Below, piece by piece: positions 57,314 through 64,000 of a stretch of 64,000 nt of DNA (positions within the stretch are counted from its first letter, which is position 1; the number at the start of each line of letters is the position of its first letter). The position numbers and the translations under genes were made by a program. Source of the stretch: Candidatus Kerfeldbacteria bacterium RIFCSPLOWO2_02_FULL_42_19 (GTDB taxonomy: Bacteria; Patescibacteriota; Patescibacteriia; HO2-48-17). Below the pieces are notes generated by a model that made no database searches, was not told where the DNA came from, and was given only the letters and a program-made list of their open reading frames with translations. The stretch spans positions 251,149-315,148 of the forward strand of contig MHKF01000012.1 in assembly GCA_001818315.1 (NCBI GenBank). The letters run 5' to 3'.

Positions 57314-57901
57314 ATGCTTGAACAACTTTTTGGTTCACGCACCCGACTCAAACTTTTGAAGATTTTTTTACTTCGCCGGCAAAAAAAATATTACGTGCGT
57401 GAGCTCACTCGTCTTGCTGGCGAACATATCAATTCTGTGCGTCGAGAGCTTGCTCATCTTGAATCACTGGATCTCCTTAGTTCCGAGACGGTTGATAAGA
57501 AAAAGTTTTATACTGCACATCCACACAGCCTTTTGTATCCGGAATTACGTGCGCTTTTGTACAAGGCGCGACTCACAACCGAAAAAATATTTGTTGATCA
57601 CATGAAAGCACTTGGAACAGTATCGTATCTTGCGTTACTGGGTATGTTTACAGGTTCTGAAGCTTCTGATGCTCAGGCGCCAACGGATATCTTTATTGTT
57701 GGCAATGTGCATCGCGGAAAACTTGATGCTTTATTGCATATGCTTCAACCTGATTTTGATCGTCAGATTTATTATACAATTATGACCCCTCAAGAATTTC
57801 AATACCGTCTGGATATTACGGATAAATTTGTTTTTGATATCCTTCGAAGTAAAAAAATAGTGATTATTGATACTCTCAATGTACAAGATCAGCACGGGTA
57901 A
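57314..57901 (+). CDS. Winged-helix (ArsR/MarR-like) DNA-binding regulator with an uncharacterised C-domain
   Basis: RTRLKLLKIFLLRRQKKYYVRELTRLAGEHINSVRRELAHLESLDLL is a wHTH. It is divergently transcribed from the 57160 operon. Confidence 0.6.
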   Translation: MLEQLFGSRTRLKLLKIFLLRRQKKYYVRELTRLAGEHINSVRRELAHLESLDLLSSETVDKKKFYTAHPHSLLYPELRALLYKARLTTEKIFVDHMKALGTVSYLALLGMFTGSEASDAQAPTDIFIVGNVHRGKLDALLHMLQPDFDRQIYYTIMTPQEFQYRLDITDKFVFDILRSKKIVIIDTLNVQDQHG

Positions 57902-59051
57902 ATTGTTTTCAGTTTTTGTGCTTCTTGTCTTGATTTTTTTTTCTGGTTGCCAGCGTTCGTGGAATCCTTTATCGAACACTCCTTCACTTTTACAGAACAA
58001 GAGCACATCATCTCCGAGTCTTGGCACAGGAGAAGTTTTTAAAGATGGAATTTTTTTTCTTTCCCAAAATTCGAAAGCATTACACTGGCGACGTGATGCT
58101 TCTTTCGTCGATATCATTCAAAATACACAACTAGATTTGTTTGCTGTTTCTCCTCGTCCTCGTGAACTACTCGTCATTGACAATGTGACGTCATTAGGGG
58201 ATTCAACGATTTCTTTATGGAAGGATCATGCTTCGGATGTGTTACTTGCGCGTTTGCGTCAGCCGATAGCCTACGCGGTTTTTTCACCAATTGGTTCGCA
58301 CCTTCTGATTGTTACGCAACAGGTTACCTTAGATGATACTCTCCGTTTTCCTTTCGAGCTTTTTTTGTATTCATTCCAAGATGCTCGGCTTTTGCATCTT
58401 GCGGAATCGAGCGCCTATCCTTCGTGGGCAGAGGATGGCAAACGTTTTGTTTATACAAAATTTCAAGATTTTGACGCTGGAGAGGGAGTTACGCAGCACA
58501 CTGAAATCATCTCTCAGAGTATTCTACCGGATGGCACACTCACTGAACCTGTTGCACTTGTTTCTGGTATGAACAGTCTCTTGTTTCATGACAAGCTGTT
58601 TTACGTTAGTCGTGATGATGACGGATTCGATATTTATGCACTGCAGCCGGTCACTGGCGAGATTATGCCTTTGAGCGATTTGAATCTCGCCGGATACCCT
58701 CACCCGATATTTTTGTTGCAATTATCGGAGGATCGCAAAAACTTTGCATGGAGTCAACTGAAATCTGGAGATGTGTTTAGTTTAGAAACTTGGCTTGTGC
58801 CTTTTGATGTGCCTTCACAATTTTATGAGGTGATTCCGCAATCAGAAAGCGTCCTGTGGTATAATAACAACACTCTTGTCTTTCGTCCGGTTGCTGCTGC
58901 TTCTTTTTCATCCACATTGCAATTGTTCGATATTGCTGCAAAAGCGCAAACTGTCATTCCTGGATCCGAGAGCGTCTATTCCATGATGACGCCTATTGGA
59001 TATCAAACAGATCCATCGTATTTTCTTCAGCTGGTTTACGCACTTCCATGA
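57879..59051 (+). CDS. Lipoprotein, beta-propeller-like (TolB/WD40-like) hypothetical
   Basis: Signal peptide with the lipobox IFFSGC, then repeated beta-strand-rich blocks. Confidence 0.55.
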   Translation: MYKISTGKLFSVFVLLVLIFFSGCQRSWNPLSNTPSLLQNKSTSSPSLGTGEVFKDGIFFLSQNSKALHWRRDASFVDIIQNTQLDLFAVSPRPRELLVIDNVTSLGDSTISLWKDHASDVLLARLRQPIAYAVFSPIGSHLLIVTQQVTLDDTLRFPFELFLYSFQDARLLHLAESSAYPSWAEDGKRFVYTKFQDFDAGEGVTQHTEIISQSILPDGTLTEPVALVSGMNSLLFHDKLFYVSRDDDGFDIYALQPVTGEIMPLSDLNLAGYPHPIFLLQLSEDRKNFAWSQLKSGDVFSLETWLVPFDVPSQFYEVIPQSESVLWYNNNTLVFRPVAAASFSSTLQLFDIAAKAQTVIPGSESVYSMMTPIGYQTDPSYFLQLVYALP

Positions 59052-59812
59052 TTCTCTTCCATCGTATTATTCCTATTTTTTCTACACTCGCGATTCTTAT
59101 CTTATGGGAAAGTGCTCTTGTGTATGACGCGCGTTATCCAATCTTTTTTGGTGTCATTATGACATGTGTTTTTTTATCTCTTGCGCAATTATTCCACTGG
59201 AATATTTTAAGTCGACAGTTCATTGGATTTATAGTCACACCGTTCTTGCTGACTCTCGGTATCGGAAGTTTTCTTCTTTTTCTTGAAGACGCTTGGCTGA
59301 GACAGCTTGTTATTGGATTGCATGTCGTAAGTCTTGGTTTATTTTTAGAAAGTTGTTTTGCCTATCTTCATGATCCGAAAGGATATCAACCCTATGCGCT
59401 GCAGAATGTTACCGGTTATATGCATCTTATTACCTTATGGAGCGTATTGAGTTCTAGTTATGCGGTTGTGCTTTACTTTCAAATGTCTGCTTGGATTGTT
59501 GTTGTGCCTCTGATCTTTTTTGTACTTGTGATACTTCTTACGACACTGTGGATGAATAAAATTGCTATTCGAAAAAATATCCTTTTTCTTGGTGTCAATC
59601 TTTTGTTATTTGTGCAATTCTTTTTGGCAATGCAATATTTACCTTTGAGTTGGCTTGTGAACGGCTTAGTGTTAGTTGGGGTGTATTATATTGTGTTCAA
59701 TATCAGTCGTTATCATTTGATGCATAGTTTGAATGCCAGGGTATTACATCGTTATGTTTTTTTCGGTGTCACACTTATTTTTGGTGTGCTTCTTACTGCG
59801 CGTTGGTTATGA
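59048..59812 (+). CDS. Hypothetical integral membrane protein (about 8 TM)
   Basis: Highly hydrophobic 254-aa ORF whose start and stop overlap its neighbours. Confidence 0.5.
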   Translation: MILFHRIIPIFSTLAILILWESALVYDARYPIFFGVIMTCVFLSLAQLFHWNILSRQFIGFIVTPFLLTLGIGSFLLFLEDAWLRQLVIGLHVVSLGLFLESCFAYLHDPKGYQPYALQNVTGYMHLITLWSVLSSSYAVVLYFQMSAWIVVVPLIFFVLVILLTTLWMNKIAIRKNILFLGVNLLLFVQFFLAMQYLPLSWLVNGLVLVGVYYIVFNISRYHLMHSLNARVLHRYVFFGVTLIFGVLLTARWL

Positions 59813-61053
59813 AACCAAAATCCATTCCAACTTCGCTCTCGCAGCGTTTACAGGCTTTTGACGCAGCAAACCTCAATCAATCTCATTGCGTGTGTCGTAA
59901 AAAGAGTATATTGCAACGATTGTCGCATGTTGTGATAGTATTCATATTCGCATTTTCCGCTGGATTCCTAGGGTACTTTACCGCTTCTTCTTCTCTTCCT
60001 TTTCCTCTTGCATCTTTTCAAAATATCAATATTCCAGTGCGCGAAAATACTCGTGAAACGTTTGAATCCGCTTCGGTGATACCCCAAAAGTTTCCAGAAT
60101 TTTTGAATCGTATTGATGTTGCTCTGATCAGTATTTTTGCAAAGCAACCGGACACAGGTGTGATTGTGGAGAGCGTCTATCATAACTCTCAAAGACTTAG
60201 CATAGCTCTTGCGTTGACTTCTGACGGCTTCGTGCTTGCGCCAGCTCAACTTTTATCACAATCCTCGCAGCTCATTGGCATTACTTCTACTCAGCAGATC
60301 CGTTCCCTCGAGCATATTGTCACTGATCCTTTGACTCAGATGGCTTTTTTTCAAATTGACAATTACAATGCCCTGCAGGTATTAGAATTTGTTCGTCTTG
60401 ATGATCTTCGATTGGGTATGCCGTTGTTTACTTTTCTGCCTGATGTTGGCAATACTTCGGCATTTGATGTCAGTTATCTCAGCCAACTTGGTGGCATACG
60501 CTCTGATTCGCGGGACGCATTGTTCAAAAGTTCTGAGTCAGTACAAGATTTTATTTACACTACAGATATTTTGCAGGGAGAGTCTTTTACTCCGGTGTTT
60601 ACGCAGGAAGGAAAAGTTGTCGGATTTCTCATGCCACGTGAAGTGGAGTCTCAAGAGACATCCCGTATCCTCCCAGCGCATTTTATAATGCCGCTGCTTT
60701 CTCAATTGCTCAAAGAGCGCAGCATCGCTCGTCCTTATCTTGGAGTGCGCTATGTGAATCTTTCCGTTCCTTCTGCCCAGAACGTATTGATTCAAACCGA
60801 GCGGGCATCAAAAGGTCTGCTGCTCTACTCCCGTGAGCAGCCAGCAGTGTTAAGAAATTCGCCAGCAGAAAAAGCGGGTTTGCGTGAGGGCGATATTCTT
60901 CTCCAGATGCGCACGACCCCGCTCGAAACCTCATGGGAGCTTTCTACATTACTCATTGATTATCGATCCGGAGACACGGTTGATTTTGTCATCTTGCGCG
61001 ATGGGGAACAACGCACGCTTTCTGTTGTACTCGATACTGTTTCTCCACTATAA
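59803..61053 (+). CDS. Divergent HtrA-like protein: TM anchor, degenerate trypsin-like domain, C-terminal PDZ
   Basis: The PDZ domain is clear (LGVRYVNLS...GLLLYSREQPAVLRNSPAEKAGLREGDILLQMRTT). The GESFTPVF block aligns to GNSGGPLV with the Ser retained, but the His/Asp context is not evident. Confidence 0.6.
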   Translation: MVMKPKSIPTSLSQRLQAFDAANLNQSHCVCRKKSILQRLSHVVIVFIFAFSAGFLGYFTASSSLPFPLASFQNINIPVRENTRETFESASVIPQKFPEFLNRIDVALISIFAKQPDTGVIVESVYHNSQRLSIALALTSDGFVLAPAQLLSQSSQLIGITSTQQIRSLEHIVTDPLTQMAFFQIDNYNALQVLEFVRLDDLRLGMPLFTFLPDVGNTSAFDVSYLSQLGGIRSDSRDALFKSSESVQDFIYTTDILQGESFTPVFTQEGKVVGFLMPREVESQETSRILPAHFIMPLLSQLLKERSIARPYLGVRYVNLSVPSAQNVLIQTERASKGLLLYSREQPAVLRNSPAEKAGLREGDILLQMRTTPLETSWELSTLLIDYRSGDTVDFVILRDGEQRTLSVVLDTVSPL

Positions 61054-61057
61054 TGTT

Positions 61058-61507
61058 ATGACATTCAAACAGCGTTTTCACATCATGCGCGATCGTTCTC
61101 CATCGTTTGTACAGTTTTTTATTTTTTGCATTATCGGCACTTTGAATACTCTGACGGATTTCACCTTCTATTACCTGCTGACACGTGCGCTGCATATCTA
61201 TTTCATAGCCGCAAATATTATCTCTTTTGCGCTTGTATCGATTATGAGTTTTTTTCTGAATAAACGCTGGACATTTCGTGACCAGGGTCCAAAAGTTCAT
61301 ATTCAGTACATGAAATTTTTGACAGTTGTTACTTTCGGTTTATTGCTCAACACCGGTTTGCTTTATATTTTTGTGCGTTGGCTTCACATTCCTGATCTTA
61401 TAGCCAAAGCGCTCGCTGTTGGTATTGTGCTCTTTTGGAATTTTGGAATGAATAAATTGTGGACATTTTCAAAATTTTCTCATCAACGTCATTCTTCAGT
61501 ATGTTGA
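61058..61507 (+). CDS. gtrA: GtrA-family membrane protein (polysaccharide synthesis/translocation)
   Basis: FVQFFIFCIIGTLNTLTDFTFYYLL...FFLNKRWTF...FWNFGMNKLWTF is typical of GtrA. Confidence 0.85.
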   Translation: MTFKQRFHIMRDRSPSFVQFFIFCIIGTLNTLTDFTFYYLLTRALHIYFIAANIISFALVSIMSFFLNKRWTFRDQGPKVHIQYMKFLTVVTFGLLLNTGLLYIFVRWLHIPDLIAKALAVGIVLFWNFGMNKLWTFSKFSHQRHSSVC

Positions 61508-62244
61508 AAAAGCGACTCGTGATTATTTTTCCAGCTTATAATGAAGAATGTCGGATTCGAAAAACTTTTCAAAAGTATTATACGTTTTTTAGTGCACCAG
61601 CGTATCAGAAGGCATTTGATATTGTATATTTCGTCGCCATTAATGGCTCCACTGACCGCACGCAAGCGATTGTGGAACAATTGCACAATCAACATCCCGC
61701 TGTGTTGTCGTTTCATGACTGGAAAGAAAAGCTTGGGAAGGGAGGCGCTCTTCATCGCGCATTTGCAGAAGTCACCGGCGACTTTATCGGTTTTGTGGAT
61801 GCTGACGGCTCTACTGCGCCAGGAGAATTTGCCAAATTATTTCCGTATCTTTCGCGCTATGATGCAGTGATCGCTTCTCGTTTTTTACCAGGATCCTTCG
61901 TGAAAGATCGTAAAGCGCTTCTGCGTCAGATTACCAGCCGTATCTTTTTGTATTGCGTTCAGATTCTTTTTCATCTTCCAGTTCGTGATACACAGTGCGG
62001 TGCAAAGATTTTTCGCAGCCACCCGTTAAAAACTCTTTTGCCTCTGCTGCGTGTTCGTAATATGGCTTTTGATGTTGAATTGCTCTATGCTTTCCAACAA
62101 CGTGGCTATGGCATCAAAGAAGTACCTACGATTTGGGTTGCAGATGATGTTGGATCGTCTCTTTCGAGTTCATCCAAAATTTTGCAAGCAGGTTTGGCGA
62201 TGTTCGCTTCCCTTGTTCACATACGCTTGCGAAAGTTTCAATAA
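61501..62244 (+). CDS. Family 2 glycosyltransferase (GtrB / polyprenyl-phosphate glycosyltransferase-like)
   Basis: VIIFPAYNEE, DGSTDRT, FVDADGS (the DxD motif) and QCGAKIF. Confidence 0.85.
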   Translation: MLKKRLVIIFPAYNEECRIRKTFQKYYTFFSAPAYQKAFDIVYFVAINGSTDRTQAIVEQLHNQHPAVLSFHDWKEKLGKGGALHRAFAEVTGDFIGFVDADGSTAPGEFAKLFPYLSRYDAVIASRFLPGSFVKDRKALLRQITSRIFLYCVQILFHLPVRDTQCGAKIFRSHPLKTLLPLLRVRNMAFDVELLYAFQQRGYGIKEVPTIWVADDVGSSLSSSSKILQAGLAMFASLVHIRLRKFQ

Positions 62245-62280
62245 ACTTTTACACTGCAAGCAGAATATTTTATTTCTATT

Positions 62281-63315
62281 ATGGCAAAAAAGGCAATTTT
62301 TGAGCGCAAAAATGTTCTTGTTATTGGCGGCGCCGGTTTTATCGGTTCTCATCTTTGCACTGAGCTTGTTCGGCAGAGTAAGGTGATTTGTGTTGATAAT
62401 TTTAGTACAGGCTCTGAAGAAAATATTGACAACCTTTTGAATAATCCAAGTTTTCGTTTTGTTCGACATGACATGTCGGCGCCTCTCGATTTTCGGAAAT
62501 TTTCAGAACTTGCGTCATTTCAAATTGAATTTCAGGGCATTCAGGAAGTCTATAATTGCGCTTGTCCGACTTCGAGTAAACATTTTGAAAAATTTTATCT
62601 CGAGACCTTGCTCGCGAATTCGTATGTCGTAAAGAATGCTTTGGACATCGCTGTAGCACATCAGGCGAAGTTTCTCCATCTTTCTACTTCGGCTATTTAC
62701 GGAGATCCTTTAGAGCATCAAACTTCTTTTCATGAACAATATTGGGGTTTTGTGAATCCGGTGGGCCTCCGCAGCTGTTATAATGAAGGGAAACGATTCG
62801 CAGAGACACTTGTGAGTACCTATCGGCGCAAGTATCCTATTGATGCGAAAATCGCTCGGCTCTTTAATGTGTATGGTCCGAACATGCGTCCTGATTCTGG
62901 GCGTATGATTCCGGACATGATTCGACAAGCTTCGGAAAATAACGATGTGATTATTTATGGCGATGGCACGGAACAGAAAAGTTATTGTTACATTTCTGAT
63001 ATTATTGACGGTTTGCTGAAATGCATTCAGTCACAGGAGGTTGGTCCTATAAACATGGGAAGTACAGAACTTTATTCGATTCGTTTTATTGCCGAACGTA
63101 TTATTCAGGTCCTCAGTTCGCAATCTAAAATTATGCATCAGCCGGCACTTCCAGCTATTACGCGGCAGGTCGTTCCTGATATTACACTTGCGAAAAATCG
63201 TCTCGGATGGTACCCTGTGGTTCGACTGGAAGATGGTCTTTCTCGCACTATTAAGGAAATGGCCGCGAGAAAAGTGTTGCGGTTTACTGACTTTACTCAC
63301 AAGTCTAACCCTTGA
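62281..63315 (+). CDS. NAD-dependent sugar-nucleotide epimerase/dehydratase (UDP-glucuronate decarboxylase-like)
   Basis: VIGGAGFIGSHL and YNEGKRFAE (the YxxxK motif), typical of the UXS/RmlB family. Confidence 0.85.
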   Translation: MAKKAIFERKNVLVIGGAGFIGSHLCTELVRQSKVICVDNFSTGSEENIDNLLNNPSFRFVRHDMSAPLDFRKFSELASFQIEFQGIQEVYNCACPTSSKHFEKFYLETLLANSYVVKNALDIAVAHQAKFLHLSTSAIYGDPLEHQTSFHEQYWGFVNPVGLRSCYNEGKRFAETLVSTYRRKYPIDAKIARLFNVYGPNMRPDSGRMIPDMIRQASENNDVIIYGDGTEQKSYCYISDIIDGLLKCIQSQEVGPINMGSTELYSIRFIAERIIQVLSSQSKIMHQPALPAITRQVVPDITLAKNRLGWYPVVRLEDGLSRTIKEMAARKVLRFTDFTHKSNP

Positions 63316-63327
63316 TCTTAATTTTTT

Positions 63328-64000
63328 ATGAATATTGTCGTTGTTGGTACTGGATATGTTGGTCTTGTCACCGGCACTTGCCTTGCGGATCTTGGGCATC
63401 GCGTGACATGCGTCGATATTGATGCACGTAAGATCGATTTCCTCAAGCGCGGCACCTCTCCGATATATGAGGAAGGATTGGAAGCGTTGATTCAAAAAAA
63501 TATTCATTTAGGCAATTTACTTTTTTTTACGAGTCTTACTTCCGCTGTCAGTGATGCTGAAATTATTTTTATTGCCGTCGGTACACCCTCGGATGTTTCT
63601 GGAAAAGCTGATTTGCAGTATGTATACGCTGTTGCCAATGAACTTGGTCAGTGTTTGGATCATAATGTGATTGTTGTGAATAAAAGTACTGTCCCTGTTG
63701 GCACTGCTGCCGAAGTAGGTCGTATGATTGCGCAAAATTTCTCTGGTGCCTGCGAAGTTGTCTCTTGTCCTGAGTTTTTGCGTGAAGGTACTGCCGTCAA
63801 CGATTTTTTCCATCCTGATCGTATTGTGCTTGGTGTCCGAAGTCGCGCGGCAGAAGATGTCATGCTGAAAGTTTTTGAAGCTGTGCAATGTCCGAAAGTT
63901 GTCACAACGGTCGAAAGCGCAGAAATGATTAAATACGCTTCGAATGCCTTTCTGGCGACTAAAATTTCTTTTATTAATGAAATCGCGAATATTTGCGAAC
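63328..64000 (+). CDS. ugd: UDP-glucose 6-dehydrogenase (N-terminal part; continues beyond the window)
   Basis: MNIVVVGTGYVGLVTGTCLADLGHRVTCVDID...IIFIAVGTP...SCPEFLREGTAVNDFFHPDRIVLG. Confidence 0.9.
   Translation, partial: MNIVVVGTGYVGLVTGTCLADLGHRVTCVDIDARKIDFLKRGTSPIYEEGLEALIQKNIHLGNLLFFTSLTSAVSDAEIIFIAVGTPSDVSGKADLQYVYAVANELGQCLDHNVIVVNKSTVPVGTAAEVGRMIAQNFSGACEVVSCPEFLREGTAVNDFFHPDRIVLGVRSRAAEDVMLKVFEAVQCPKVVTTVESAEMIKYASNAFLATKISFINEIANICE

Overview
This is a 64-kb window from a small, AT-rich (about 40% GC) bacterial genome that resembles a Patescibacteria/CPR genome. The evidence is a ComEC channel gene and a metallo-beta-lactamase-domain gene next to each other as separate ORFs, a transketolase encoded as separate N- and C-terminal subunits, and a class I (FbaB/DhnA-type) fructose-bisphosphate aldolase. 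There are also two HtrA-type proteases, DsbA/DoxX envelope genes, sugar-nucleotide and GtrA/GT2 glycosylation genes, TrmB regulators, and many large surface proteins. Standard code 11 applies, since RF2 is present and UGA is used as a stop codon. The ordinary content is a housekeeping block (hisS, lepB, rpsU, prfB, htrA), a gluconeogenesis/pentose-phosphate cluster (fbp, fbaB, rpiB, rpe, tktN, tktC), the ribosomal proteins rplJ and rplL, xseAB, uppP, mltG, and a pyrH-like gene. The candidate novel system is two tandem paralogous 556-aa cysteine-rich cytoplasmic proteins of no family I recognise, in an apparent operon with a transmembrane PP2C-like/beta-propeller signalling protein and a divergently transcribed wHTH regulator (51403-57901).

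Other notable items:
1. A 58-aa bacterial histone-fold gene (Bd0055/DUF1931-like) that the 60-aa ORF cutoff missed.
2. Convergent to the histone gene, an about 480-nt ORF-free transcript of unknown class with a perfect consensus sigma70 promoter and a shared bidirectional terminator.
3. At least four families of long palindromic, MITE-like intergenic repeats; one family forms 16-32-bp-stem hairpins and 165-260-bp nested composites.
4. A 58% GC foreign gene bracketed by these repeats.
5. A GC-rich structured element with 19-bp terminal inverted repeats between the transketolase subunit genes.
6. A partial long ORF at the left window edge, absent from the ORF track, encoding a Cys/Gly-rich membrane-anchored protein.
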